Of a DNA stretch of 64,000 nucleotides, positions 51,156 through 60,652 are shown piece after piece. Numbering within the stretch: position 1 is the first letter of the stretch; each line of letters opens with the position of its first letter. The notes beneath the pieces were generated by a model, which worked only from the letters and a program-made list of their open reading frames with translations, did not search any database and was not told the origin of the DNA. This DNA is from Nitrospirota bacterium (GTDB lineage Bacteria; Nitrospirota; Nitrospiria; JACQBW01). Where the stretch lies: contig JACQBW010000003.1 in the NCBI GenBank assembly GCA_016194305.1, forward strand, positions 39,224 through 103,223, in the 5' to 3' direction. The position numbers and the translations under genes were made by a program.

Positions 51156-52079
51156 TTAAGTCGAAGCGCCAGACAGCAAGAACAATACGGCCATTCGAAC
51201 TGCCACACCATTTGTAACCTGATCCAGGATGACCGATGACAGGCCATCCGCGATTTCCGGTGATATTTCCACTCCCCGGTTCACTGGACCGGGATGCATG
51301 ACCAGAACACTCTTATTCGCCCATTTGAGGTTTTCTTTATTTAATCCAAATAATTCACTATATTCTCTAATGGACGGAAAGAGGCCCTTTCCTTGTCGTT
51401 CGAGCTGAAGGCGGAGCATGAGAATAACATCCACGTCCCGGATCCCCTCTCTGAGCTCATGAAATACTGTGACGCCACTTTTTTCAATCTCCGCAGGAAT
51501 CATCGTGGGAGGTCCGACAACCCGAACCGACGCGCCCATTTTTGACAAACCGGCAATATTCGATCGGGCTACGCGACTATGGGTGATATCCCCGACAATG
51601 GCAACTTTTAATCCGGCGATTCTCCCCAGTTTTTCGCGAATCGTATAGAGGTCAAGCAGACCCTGAGTCGGATGTTCATGGGCTCCATCCCCGGCGTTGA
51701 TTATCGAACTCTTTAAGTGACGGGAAAGGAGGTAAGGAGAACCTGAGCAAGGATGCCTCAAAACGATCAGATCGGCATTCATGGCTTCAAGATTTTTTGC
51801 GGTATCCAGTAAGGATTCCCCTTTAACCGCACTGCTGCTGGAATGACTGATATTGATCACATCGGCGCTCAATCTTTTACCTGCCAATTCAAACGAAGTC
51901 CTGGTCCGGGTGCTGGGTTCAAAAAACAAATTAATCAAAGTTTTACCCCGTAAAGCAGGCACTTTTTTAATGTCGCGTGTTGCCACCTCTTTAAACGAAA
52001 CGGCTGTGTCTAACAGGAGTTCAATTTCCTCCTTTTGAAGTTCTTTTAGCGCAATCAGATCTTTTCTTTTAAGTATCAT
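51156..52079 (-). CDS. pyrB: Aspartate carbamoyltransferase catalytic subunit.
   Basis: 'STRTRTSFE' and the 'HPTQGLLD' motif are present. Confidence 0.9.
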   Translation of the reverse strand: MILKRKDLIALKELQKEEIELLLDTAVSFKEVATRDIKKVPALRGKTLINLFFEPSTRTRTSFELAGKRLSADVINISHSSSSAVKGESLLDTAKNLEAMNADLIVLRHPCSGSPYLLSRHLKSSIINAGDGAHEHPTQGLLDLYTIREKLGRIAGLKVAIVGDITHSRVARSNIAGLSKMGASVRVVGPPTMIPAEIEKSGVTVFHELREGIRDVDVILMLRLQLERQGKGLFPSIREYSELFGLNKENLKWANKSVLVMHPGPVNRGVEISPEIADGLSSVILDQVTNGVAVRMAVLFLLSGAST

Positions 52080-52220
52080 AATTATTTATCGAATAAACAA
52101 AAAGCGTCAAGTTTGTTCAAAAACCTTCAAATGCCAGGCCGCAGGAACGAGGCAAACGGAGCGTACAAATTCTGTACGTGAGTTTTGCCGAGCGACGAGA
52201 ACGCTGCAGATGAAGATTTT

Positions 52221-52787
52221 TCAACAAACAGTGGAGTCTTCGCGACGAGAGTGGAGGATGACCACCCGGTCCTCCTCCCCCTCTTCTTCCAGGAGAACTT
52301 TTACTTTCTCGTCTTTCCCTGTTGGAAGATTCTTCCCGACAAAATCAGCCCGAATGGGTAGTTCTCGATGACCCCGGTCAATCAGGACGGCCAGCTGAAT
52401 CGTTTCCGGGCGTCCCAGATCCATTAATCCATCCAACGCAGCTCGAATGGTTCTACCGGTAAACAAGACGTCATCGATGAGTACCACTCTCTTTTTTGTA
52501 ATATCGTACGGAATATCGGTCGTCTTCAAAATCGGTCGGTCCTTTTTGGTCATAAGATCGTCTCGATAGAGTGTAATGTCCAGAACGCCGGTCGGCAGCT
52601 CAACCTTCTCAATTTCGGCGACTTTCTTTTTTAATCGATTGGCAAGGTGGACGCCGCAGGTTCGAATGCCAATTAAAATCAGATCGTTTGTTCCCTTGTT
52701 CTTTTCGATAATTTCATGTGCAATTCTACTGAGGGACCTTGCAATTCCTATCCGATCCAGAATCAGTTTTTCGTGAAATGGTTTCAT
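52221..52787 (-). CDS. pyrR: Pyr operon regulator PyrR (bifunctional UPRTase / RNA-binding attenuation protein).
   Basis: '[23 protein letters not shown]...[17 protein letters not shown]...[10 protein letters not shown]...[17 protein letters not shown]' is present. The ATG at 52787 was chosen over the track's TTG at 52796. Confidence 0.85.
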   Translation of the reverse strand: MKPFHEKLILDRIGIARSLSRIAHEIIEKNKGTNDLILIGIRTCGVHLANRLKKKVAEIEKVELPTGVLDITLYRDDLMTKKDRPILKTTDIPYDITKKRVVLIDDVLFTGRTIRAALDGLMDLGRPETIQLAVLIDRGHRELPIRADFVGKNLPTGKDEKVKVLLEEEGEEDRVVILHSRREDSTVC

Positions 52788-52794
52788 AAGAAAC

Positions 52795-52830
52795 AAAAAA
52801 AAGCCCTCTTCCCTGGGAGGAAAGAAGGCT
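52795..52830 (-). promoter_or_regulatory. Putative pyr attenuator. It is a 12-bp hairpin whose loop and 3' arm read UCCCAGGGAAGAGGGCU (PyrR-box-like), followed by U8, ending 8 nt before the pyrR ATG.
   Basis: Read on the minus strand: AGCCUUCUUUCC-UCCCA-GGGAAGAGGGCU-UUUUUUUU. Canonical PyrR binding loops carry a UCCAGAGAGGCU-like motif. Confidence 0.5.
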
Positions 52831-52936
52831 TTTTATCCTTGATAGCAGTTCCCTTTATTTCAATCGCATATATAAAAGAGTCCGACACAAAAAGTTCCTT
52901 TCTAGTTTCACTGAACTAGGTTTAAAGGTTGAGTTT

Positions 52937-52965
52937 ATTCTACCGGACTAAACTAAAGAAGTCAA
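52937..52965 (-). promoter_or_regulatory. Sigma70 promoter for the pyrR operon: TTGACT, 17 nt, TAGAAT on the minus strand.
   Basis: Read directly from the sequence. It lies about 140 nt upstream of pyrR, giving a leader that contains the hairpins. Confidence 0.6.
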
Positions 52966-52971
52966 GAAAAC

Positions 52972-53592
52972 TCAAGACTTAAATGTCGGAATACTTCCTG
53001 TTTCACTTTGAAAATAAGGTTTGGTTCCGGAGTGATGATCCGTCACGTCGATTAATTCAGTTATTTGAGGAAATTTCTCTGACAGTATTTTCATGACGCC
53101 GTGTCTAAGTGTTTTCCCGGCCATACTGCAACCCTGGCATCCTCCCGACATCTCGACGTAGGCGATATGTTCCTTCAAGCCTACCAATTTGATATGTCCG
53201 CCATGTTCGGCCACACCTGGATTAATTTGTTCATCAAATATTTTCGCGATCTCAATGGATATTTCACTGTCCCATGCGGGATTGGGATTATCAATAACCC
53301 ACGCCTGGGTCAATCCTGTAAGAAGGTAATCAATTTGTGCTCCCCGGATGAGGGGAACAGAGTCATGATCAATAATGAATAAACAGTTTTCGAAATGAAA
53401 CAGGACATCGTTCGGATTCACTTTTTCTCTTTCGACATAGCTGAATTGGTAGACAAACTCTCCCCCTTGTCGCAAAACCGTCAGGCGAATTCCCGATTTG
53501 TCTTTTCCGAGAAGCGAATCGCGAATTTTATCAATCGCTCCCTTTGTGAATGTGACGATTGGAATCTCGATATGGTTCTCTTGACCGGACAT
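52972..53592 (-). CDS. NfuA-like Fe-S cluster carrier, with a degenerate A-type N-domain and a C-terminal NifU domain.
   Basis: The C-terminus has 'GGHIKLVGLKEHIAYVEMSGGCQGCSMAGKTLRHGV' (CxxC). The N-terminal roughly 100 aa are HesB/IscA-like. Confidence 0.7.
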   Translation of the reverse strand: MSGQENHIEIPIVTFTKGAIDKIRDSLLGKDKSGIRLTVLRQGGEFVYQFSYVEREKVNPNDVLFHFENCLFIIDHDSVPLIRGAQIDYLLTGLTQAWVIDNPNPAWDSEISIEIAKIFDEQINPGVAEHGGHIKLVGLKEHIAYVEMSGGCQGCSMAGKTLRHGVMKILSEKFPQITELIDVTDHHSGTKPYFQSETGSIPTFKS

Positions 53593-53597
53593 ATGTC

Positions 53598-53834
53598 CTA
53601 ATTATTCTCCGGAGACGGGAGTGAGATATCAAAGCCGTTCATTTCCAATACCGCCGGTTGCATTTTCAGCCAAAGTTCCAGTTCGTACTCCGCTTTTTCA
53701 GGCACTTTGCTATCGGTGGCCTCCTTGATTCTTTCGGCCAGCATCGTATAGATAAACAAGATATCTCTTTTGGTAAGATACCCGTCTTCAGCCTCAACCC
53801 ATTTCAACATGATCTCGCTCTCTTTCTTTTCCAA
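53598..53834 (-). CDS. Hypothetical 78-aa acidic protein, 6 nt upstream of nfuA.
   Basis: Support is the ORF alone, with no recognisable motif. Confidence 0.35.
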   Translation of the reverse strand: MEKKESEIMLKWVEAEDGYLTKRDILFIYTMLAERIKEATDSKVPEKAEYELELWLKMQPAVLEMNGFDISLPSPENN

Positions 53835-53967
53835 TCCATCATTTCCTTTCTGTCCATTTTAGATTGAAGAACGAGCCGATGTATACAATAAAAATCAATT
53901 CTTGACTCAATCTCCCATAAAATGCTACAAGAAATGACTCAATTTTTGTGTCATTCCTTCCTTTTAC

Positions 53968-54040
<73 letters not shown>

Positions 54041-54205
54041 TCATTGATCTTCACTTAGGATTTCTTGGGTTAAATTGACTAAAATTCAGATTTTAGTAAT
54101 GCTTTGTTAACAAAAACAAGCGTTACTCTTAATGGTTTGACTTCCCAGCCAGAGCGTGACTATAATTTAATTCTTATTAACCCGATATGTGATAAGGAGA
54201 TGGAT

Positions 54206-54874
54206 ATGACGGAAGCAACGGGTTTACCCAAAATTGGAGATGCAGCACCTGATTTCAAAGCAGTTACAACTCAATCCGGCGATATGGTTTTCAGCGAATG
54301 GCAGGGAAAAGAGTGGGTCGTACTGTTTTCTCATCCGGCCGATTTCACTCCGGTTTGCAGTACCGAACTGATGGAGTTCGCGAAACGAAGCGACGATTTC
54401 AGGAAAATTAATACGAAACTTATTGGTGTCAGTGTCGATAGCATACATTCCCACCTGGCATGGCTTCAGAACTTAAAGGAAAAAATGGGAGTCGAAATCC
54501 CCTACCCCCTGATTGCCGATATCGACACCCGGGTCTCACAAGCCTATGGGATGATCCACCCCGGTGCGAGTGCGACGGCCACCGTTCGGGCTGTTTTTGT
54601 GATCGACCCGAAAAGGACCATTCGGGCGCTGGTCTATTATCCCATGAATGTGGGAAGAAATGTCGAAGAGATATTTAGACTGGTCAATGCTCTTCAAACT
54701 GCTGATCAATTTGCGATTGCAACACCGGTTAACTGGACGCCTGGAAATCGAGTGGTGGTCCCGCCTCCTAAAAAGATGGAAGAAGTGAGAGAACGCGAAA
54801 GTCATAAAGGTAAGGATTATCTCTATCAGGATTTCTACCTCTGTCTGAAAGAGCTTCCCAAAGTCGATCGGTAA
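54206..54874 (+). CDS. Peroxiredoxin (1-Cys/Prx6-like).
   Basis: 'WVVLFSHPADFTPVCSTEL' holds the peroxidatic Cys. AGGAG lies 6 nt upstream of the ATG at 54206. Confidence 0.85.
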   Translation: MTEATGLPKIGDAAPDFKAVTTQSGDMVFSEWQGKEWVVLFSHPADFTPVCSTELMEFAKRSDDFRKINTKLIGVSVDSIHSHLAWLQNLKEKMGVEIPYPLIADIDTRVSQAYGMIHPGASATATVRAVFVIDPKRTIRALVYYPMNVGRNVEEIFRLVNALQTADQFAIATPVNWTPGNRVVVPPPKKMEEVRERESHKGKDYLYQDFYLCLKELPKVDR

Positions 54875-54885
54875 AATCCTTTCCC

Positions 54886-54913
54886 GGGCGAGCTGCTGCT
54901 CGCCCTTTCTTTA
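54886..54913 (+). terminator. Hairpin GGGCGAGC-TGCT-GCTCGCCC followed by a T-rich tract.
   Basis: Read directly from the sequence downstream of the peroxiredoxin gene. Confidence 0.5.
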
Positions 54914-54944
54914 TCTAAAAAATGAAGGCGATGATCATTTCTGA

Positions 54945-55772
54945 ATGAAAGCTCGTTTACCCGAGCGCATTATCTGTTTGTCAGGCGAAACGGTTGACGT
55001 CCTCTATCAGCTTGGCGAAGAAAACCGTATTGTGGGCGTTTCTTGTTTCACGGATAGGCCACCCCGGGCACGTAAAGAAAAACCAGTGGTTTCCTCATTT
55101 ACCTCGGCAGACATCAAAAACATTATTCAGTTGAATCCGGATTTGGTCCTGGGTTTTTCCGATCTTCAGGGAGATCTATTCAGAGAGCTCGTAAAATCAG
55201 GTCTTCAGGTACATCTCTTTAATCAGCGGACAATTCAAGGGATTCTCGACATGATACTCATGCTTGGTGGCATGGTGGGTGCTCAAGCCGGAGCAAGACG
55301 ACTGATGTCCCGGATCATTGGCAAGATCGAGAAAATCCGCAAGAAGAGTGCGTTGTTAACTCGTAATCCCGTTGTCTATTTTGAAGAATGGGACGAACCT
55401 CTCATTTGCGGGATTGGATGGGTCTCAGAATTAATCACCGTTGCCGGAGGAACGGATTGTTTCGCGGAGCTTGCGACTCGATCGATTGCGGCGGAGCGGA
55501 TTTTACGGGATTCGTCTGAAATAATGCAACAAATGCCAGACATTATCATTGGATCCTGGTGTGGAAAACCTTTTAATATCTCAGACGTTAGAAACCGGGA
55601 CGGGTGGAATATCATTCCCGCAATTCGAAACGGAAATATTTTTGAAATTCGCGCATCAGATATTCTCCAGCCGGGCCCTGCCGCCCTGACAATTGGACTG
55701 GAACAACTCTCAACGATCATTTTAAACTGGGAGGCAAAACGGAAGCATGGATTCAACCCGAAGTTAAAATGA
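54945..55772 (+). CDS. Periplasmic-binding-protein type 8 (BtuF/FecB-like) domain protein with no recognisable signal peptide.
   Basis: 'RIICLSGETVDVLYQLGEENRIVGVS' and 'NPDLVLGFSD' are typical of cobalamin/siderophore SBPs. The N-terminus MKARLPERII lacks a hydrophobic signal. Confidence 0.55.
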   Translation: MKARLPERIICLSGETVDVLYQLGEENRIVGVSCFTDRPPRARKEKPVVSSFTSADIKNIIQLNPDLVLGFSDLQGDLFRELVKSGLQVHLFNQRTIQGILDMILMLGGMVGAQAGARRLMSRIIGKIEKIRKKSALLTRNPVVYFEEWDEPLICGIGWVSELITVAGGTDCFAELATRSIAAERILRDSSEIMQQMPDIIIGSWCGKPFNISDVRNRDGWNIIPAIRNGNIFEIRASDILQPGPAALTIGLEQLSTIILNWEAKRKHGFNPKLK

Positions 55773-55774
55773 AT

Positions 55775-56134
55775 CTAAATCTGTTTATTCTTGATAAGAA
55801 AATCGATATTCAGGAGAGAGACCTGCAAGACGGGTTCGAATTTCACCCCTATTTGGTAGCCGGAAGGTTCTTTGACTCCCGGTGCGGCGGCCCATACAAC
55901 ACGAGAGTTAACCGTGATAATATTTCTCTGATGGTAAAATCGCATCTGCAGAGGAGTCCCGACCAGAATGGGATCGAATGAAATAATCAAAACTCCCCCT
56001 CTTCCGAGATTTCGAATTGTGCTGAGACTTCGGACTTTGTTTTGATAGGGCTCGAGGATTCGATAGTCCCCGCCTAAATCCAGTATGACCCGGTCATCCT
56101 TTCGCTTCCAAATGAGTTCTGAATTGGAAACCAT
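55775..56134 (-). CDS. PilZ-domain protein.
   Basis: At 119 aa, it has R-rich N-terminal and 'D.S.GG'-like 'RNLGRGGVLII' elements. Confidence 0.6.
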   Translation of the reverse strand: MVSNSELIWKRKDDRVILDLGGDYRILEPYQNKVRSLSTIRNLGRGGVLIISFDPILVGTPLQMRFYHQRNIITVNSRVVWAAAPGVKEPSGYQIGVKFEPVLQVSLLNIDFLIKNKQI

Positions 56135-56192
56135 GTGCCTATTATACTTAAAACCAGTTTAAAAGACAAAAGAGTTTACACCTTTAATTAAG

Positions 56193-56219
56193 TTGAATCC
56201 GGAAGGAGAATGGTATAAT
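56193..56219 (+). promoter_or_regulatory. Promoter with an extended -10: TTGAAT, 15 nt, TGGTATAAT.
   Basis: Read directly from the sequence. It lies about 40 nt upstream of the hybrid kinase start, and AAGGAG precedes the TTG at 56257. Confidence 0.55.
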
Positions 56220-56256
56220 TTAAATTTGATTCTTAACGGAAATAAGGAGAATCTTA

Positions 56257-58875
56257 TTGCCATTAGATGCGGAAAGGAGAAAATCAACCCACCGAACAAT
56301 CAATAGAAATTCGCTCATTATCTGGCTCTTTTTTATCACATTTACCGTCAATCTCACCGTTTTTCTGTTCGCCTTTGAAATCAATAATGTTTTACGGCTG
56401 TTTATTCTTGCTGAAAGCCGTTTCAAGGGACATTATTATAATGCGGTTATTTCATTAAAGACCTATCTCGATTCTCGTTCAGAGAGCGATTTTCAGGATT
56501 ATAAAGCTCATCTGGTTCCCCTCTATCTTTATAAGAGTGCTCAAGATGAATTGGACAAACAGAATCTGGATTTCAGGCTGTTTTCAACCCAGATGAAGGA
56601 ATTGAAATTTGGCGATGGAGATATTTTTCGAATAGCAATTTTCTTCAGAACGCTACGAAATTCGGAGTTCTTTAAGGTCAGTAAAAATATTATTCAGGAA
56701 GGTTCTAAAAAGGTTCAATCACTGGATCTGATTGGAGAATATTATCATCAAAATCTGAAACAAAATCCGGTAAATCAGATTACCGTCAAGGAAAGTATTG
56801 AGCAATTGAGAGATCTTGATAGACGAATGGAATATCTCTTTTCAGAATTTTCCGATAAGATAAATTATTTATACTTTAAAATGACATTGATTTCAGAAGT
56901 GGCGACTTCATCCATTGGAATTTGTCTCCTCTTCTTCGGAATTTATGCTTCACGAAAGATCATTGAAAAATCGGAAATTGACCGGAAGGCACTCGAAAGC
57001 AGCGAAGCCCGGCTCCGCCTTTCCATGGAGCAGATGCCGGCATCTATTTGGACCACGGATCCATTTCTGCGAATTACGACTTCGACCGGTGCGGTAATGA
57101 TTGAACCCAGTCCTGGAGGGGAACCGATACTTGGCAGATCAATTTCCACTTTGCTTGAAAAGAGTCCATTGAAAGAATTAATAGTTCAAAAACATCAGGA
57201 TGCTCTAAAAGGAGAATCTGGTCATTATGAATTTCTTTTTGGTGCCCGTTTCTGGACTGCCCATGTCGAACCGTTTCGCGATCGAAATGGCTTGATCACA
57301 GGCGTTTTAGGAATTGCTTACGACATTACCGAAAAAAAGAGCCAGGAAAGCAAACTCATTGCTGAAAAGGAACGTTTACTGGTCACACTCGGTTCTATTG
57401 GCGATGCAGTCATTACAACGGATAAAGAGGGAAGAGTGACATTAATGAATCCTGTTGCCCAGGATCTATCCGGATGGAGCCAGGCAGAGGCGGAAGGGAA
57501 ATTTCTTCCTGAAGTATTTCAAATTTACAACGAATTGACCGGGTCCGCTTTAGAAAATCCTGTCTCCAAAGTCATCTCAACCGGTCGAACTGTTGCCATT
57601 GCCAATCATACGATTTTAAAGTCAAGGGATGGGACAGTACGTGCAATTGCTGACAGCGGTGCTCCAATCCAGGATTCGCAAGGAAACATATTGGGAGTCG
57701 TTCTGGTTTTTCGAGATGTCACCCAGCAAATGAAGATTCAAAATGAACTTTTAAAAAAAATGAAACTGGATTCATTGGGACTTCTGGCGGGCGGAATCGC
57801 TCATGATTTTAACAATATTCTTACCGCAATATTGGGAAACATTTCACTCGCCAAAACAGAACTCGATCCTGGATTAACGGCGATTCGGTACCTCAACGAA
57901 ACAGAAACGGCCACCCTTAAAGCGAGAGACCTTTCCTCGCAGTTACTGGCGTTTACGAAAGGGGGCGCCCCTCAAAAAAAGGTGACTTCTATCGCCCGCC
58001 TGGTCGAAGAATCAACCCGTTTTGTTTTGAGGGGGTCTAATATCAAGTCAGTCTTCTATTTTCCGGACAATCTCTGGTTGGGAGAGTTCGATCCGGGACA
58101 GATCGCCCAAGTGGTACATAACCTGGTAATCAATTCGAAGCAGGCCATGTCGGATGGAGGAGAGATCATTATCAGTGCGGCAAATACAAATATTGAGGAA
58201 CCTCGTGCGACGGCGCTCATCCTGGATGTAGGCCCCTATGTTGCAATTACGTTTAAAGATAACGGAAAGGGAATTCCATCGGATCAGATTAACAGGGTTT
58301 TTGATCCCTTTTTCACCACGAAGGAAAAGGGGTCCGGACTTGGACTTTTTTCCGCCTATTCAGTGGTCAAAAATCATAACGGAACAATCGGGATTGATTC
58401 GAAAGTGGGTTTAGGTACCTCGATAACAGTTTATCTTCCTGCCATCATGAAAAATTTTCCTGCCGAGGAGAACCAAAGTGAGAAGATATTTAAGGGCTCT
58501 GGAAGAATTCTACTGATGGATGATGAAGAGTTTGTCAGAAGTATGGCTTCAGAAATGTTAAAAAAACTGGGGTACGATGTCGAATTGGCCACACATGGGG
58601 AAGAAGCACTTAATATCTATCGGAAGGAAAAGGAAACTGGCCGCGGTTTTAATGCAGTCATTATGGATCTCACGGTCCCAGGAGGGAAAGGAGGAAGAGA
58701 AACGATCCAGGAAATGATGGCGTTCGATCCTGCAGTCAGAGGAATTGTATCGAGCGGGTATTCCAATGACCCCATCATGGCTAACTTCAGACAATACGGC
58801 TTCCGGGGGTGTGTTGCCAAACCGTACCGAATCCAGGATATCAGTAAGGTTCTGAACCAGGTCCTGCAATCTTAA
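56257..58875 (+). CDS. Hybrid sensor histidine kinase (TM-anchored, PAS repeats, HisKA, HATPase, C-terminal receiver).
   Basis: The H-box is 'GIAHDFNNILTAILGN'. The ATPase has 'DNGKGIP', 'GSGLGL' and similar. The receiver is 'ILLMDDEEFVRSM...VIMDLTVPGG'. Confidence 0.85.
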   Translation: MPLDAERRKSTHRTINRNSLIIWLFFITFTVNLTVFLFAFEINNVLRLFILAESRFKGHYYNAVISLKTYLDSRSESDFQDYKAHLVPLYLYKSAQDELDKQNLDFRLFSTQMKELKFGDGDIFRIAIFFRTLRNSEFFKVSKNIIQEGSKKVQSLDLIGEYYHQNLKQNPVNQITVKESIEQLRDLDRRMEYLFSEFSDKINYLYFKMTLISEVATSSIGICLLFFGIYASRKIIEKSEIDRKALESSEARLRLSMEQMPASIWTTDPFLRITTSTGAVMIEPSPGGEPILGRSISTLLEKSPLKELIVQKHQDALKGESGHYEFLFGARFWTAHVEPFRDRNGLITGVLGIAYDITEKKSQESKLIAEKERLLVTLGSIGDAVITTDKEGRVTLMNPVAQDLSGWSQAEAEGKFLPEVFQIYNELTGSALENPVSKVISTGRTVAIANHTILKSRDGTVRAIADSGAPIQDSQGNILGVVLVFRDVTQQMKIQNELLKKMKLDSLGLLAGGIAHDFNNILTAILGNISLAKTELDPGLTAIRYLNETETATLKARDLSSQLLAFTKGGAPQKKVTSIARLVEESTRFVLRGSNIKSVFYFPDNLWLGEFDPGQIAQVVHNLVINSKQAMSDGGEIIISAANTNIEEPRATALILDVGPYVAITFKDNGKGIPSDQINRVFDPFFTTKEKGSGLGLFSAYSVVKNHNGTIGIDSKVGLGTSITVYLPAIMKNFPAEENQSEKIFKGSGRILLMDDEEFVRSMASEMLKKLGYDVELATHGEEALNIYRKEKETGRGFNAVIMDLTVPGGKGGRETIQEMMAFDPAVRGIVSSGYSNDPIMANFRQYGFRGCVAKPYRIQDISKVLNQVLQS

Positions 58876-58888
58876 CCACGAAGTTGTT

Positions 58889-60184
58889 CTATTTCGTTCC
58901 AAATTTTGTTTCAATCTCTACGCCAAGGCTCTTGAGGAAATCAGTTGGGAGAATTCCTCCTGCGCAAACGATGACTGTGTCGTTTTTGAGATCGGAGATT
59001 TTTCCTCCCGATTCTATACTGACGCTGTCTTTTTTGATTTCCTTTACATTTGAATTGAGAATAACTTTGACTTTTCCGGAGGAATTGAGCTCATTTAATT
59101 TCTGACGATTTTTTTCTTTTACCCGTGAGAAGGCCTCTCCCCGATAGGATAAGGTAACTGTCGAACGTGGTTCCATTGCGATTGAAACGGCTGCCTCAAG
59201 AGCCGCATCCCCTCCCCCGACGACGAGAATATGCTGATTTTTGTATTGTTCTGGATCGATTAACCGATAAACCACTTTCGGGAGTTCTTCACCGGGTACG
59301 CCCAGTTTCCGTGGCGTTCCACCTCTTCCCAGTGTGAGGAGGACCGCACGGGTTTCATAGGAAGCTTGCGAGGTCTTGACAATAAATCCGCGATCGATCT
59401 TTTCAACAGAGTCCATTCTCTCATTGTATTGGATCTTGATTCCGGTTTTAGCTTCTGTTTCTTTCATAAATACCAGAAGCTTCTCCTTCCCGATTTCACC
59501 AAATCTTATTTCTCCCACCAGGGGAAGTTTGGCGGGCTGGGTCATGACGATTTTCCCACGTGGAAAATGAGCCACTCTTCCTCCGAGAGCTTCCTGCTCC
59601 AGCGTGATCGAGCGAAGCTGGAATTGCTTGCTGGCAAGTGTGGCCGAAAATCCGGCCGGTCCCGCTCCTACAATAACCAGATCCAAAGGCGTTCCGGTTG
59701 ATTTCAGTTTTCGAATGGATTCAATTGCTTGCCGGCCCTGTTCGACCGCGTTACGAATGAGACCCATTCCTCCAAGTTCTCCAGCTATGAAAATGCCCGG
59801 CACATTGGTTTCGAAATCAGGCTTGACATGCGGAATATCCACACCTCTTTTCTTGGTGCCAAAAACAAGCGTTATGGCCTCGACCGGACAGGCGGCAAAA
59901 CAGGCTCCATGTCCGATGCAGTGGGTTGGATTAATGATGGCTGCTTTTCCTTTTATCAACCCAAGAACATCCCCTTCCGGACAGGCCGATATGCAACTTC
60001 CAGAACCGATGCAAAGATCCGGATCGATTACCGGATGAAGAGAAGGAGGCTCCGTTAAACCTTCTTTCCGAGCTGTTTCAAGTTTCATTAGGTTATGGTT
60101 ATCCTTTTTCTTGCGCAAGATTGACTGGATGGTCCATATGAGCACTATTGAAATCGAGATGATAATGATAGGTTCAAAAGTCAT
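58889..60184 (-). CDS. Membrane-anchored oxidoreductase with two 4Fe-4S ferredoxin motifs and an FAD/NAD(P)-binding domain.
   Basis: 'CIGSGSCISACPEGD' and 'CIGHGACFAACP' are the ferredoxin motifs. 'IFIAGELGG', 'VIVGAGPAGFSA' and 'ILVVGGGDAALEAA' are Rossmann motifs. Confidence 0.7.
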   Translation of the reverse strand: MTFEPIIIISISIVLIWTIQSILRKKKDNHNLMKLETARKEGLTEPPSLHPVIDPDLCIGSGSCISACPEGDVLGLIKGKAAIINPTHCIGHGACFAACPVEAITLVFGTKKRGVDIPHVKPDFETNVPGIFIAGELGGMGLIRNAVEQGRQAIESIRKLKSTGTPLDLVIVGAGPAGFSATLASKQFQLRSITLEQEALGGRVAHFPRGKIVMTQPAKLPLVGEIRFGEIGKEKLLVFMKETEAKTGIKIQYNERMDSVEKIDRGFIVKTSQASYETRAVLLTLGRGGTPRKLGVPGEELPKVVYRLIDPEQYKNQHILVVGGGDAALEAAVSIAMEPRSTVTLSYRGEAFSRVKEKNRQKLNELNSSGKVKVILNSNVKEIKKDSVSIESGGKISDLKNDTVIVCAGGILPTDFLKSLGVEIETKFGTK

Positions 60185-60262
60185 GAAAAGAACTCCCCTT
60201 TTCCTTTTCTATCTAATTTTTGATTGCGAGCAGGCAGGTATTGCAACGGGGAAAGGTCACAT

Positions 60263-60643
60263 TTAACTGAAAAAAGACTTGTTTCCCGTGTGAATATTGA
60301 CGATGTGGTTGATCGTGTCCAAATTTTCATTTGAAATGTCTGTAAATATGGCGCCGCTCTTAAATATATAAGTGTCTCGTTTCTGGATTTTTTCTGTCCA
60401 GACACCTCGTGCGGTAAATTCGATCAGCTTTGAGTAGTAAAGCAGTCTCATCGGAAGTTCTTTTCCAACCGAAAGGGGAATCGAAGAAAGGAACATCAGT
60501 CCGCCTTTTCCAATTGTTTTGAGATAAAGAGGGACTTCTTTTTCGTAACTTCCGTTTATTGAAATTGGGTAGTAAGCCAACATGTCAATGTTGAGTCTTG
60601 GAAAATTGCGGTTGAATTCGGGTTTTTTTATCAAGGTGGACAT
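60263..60643 (-). CDS. PilZ-domain protein.
   Basis: 'NRNFPRLNIDM' and 'TIGKGGLMFLS' match the PilZ RxxxR / DxSxxG elements. Confidence 0.6.
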   Translation of the reverse strand: MSTLIKKPEFNRNFPRLNIDMLAYYPISINGSYEKEVPLYLKTIGKGGLMFLSSIPLSVGKELPMRLLYYSKLIEFTARGVWTEKIQKRDTYIFKSGAIFTDISNENLDTINHIVNIHTGNKSFFS

Positions 60644-60652
60644 CTTTTCAGA

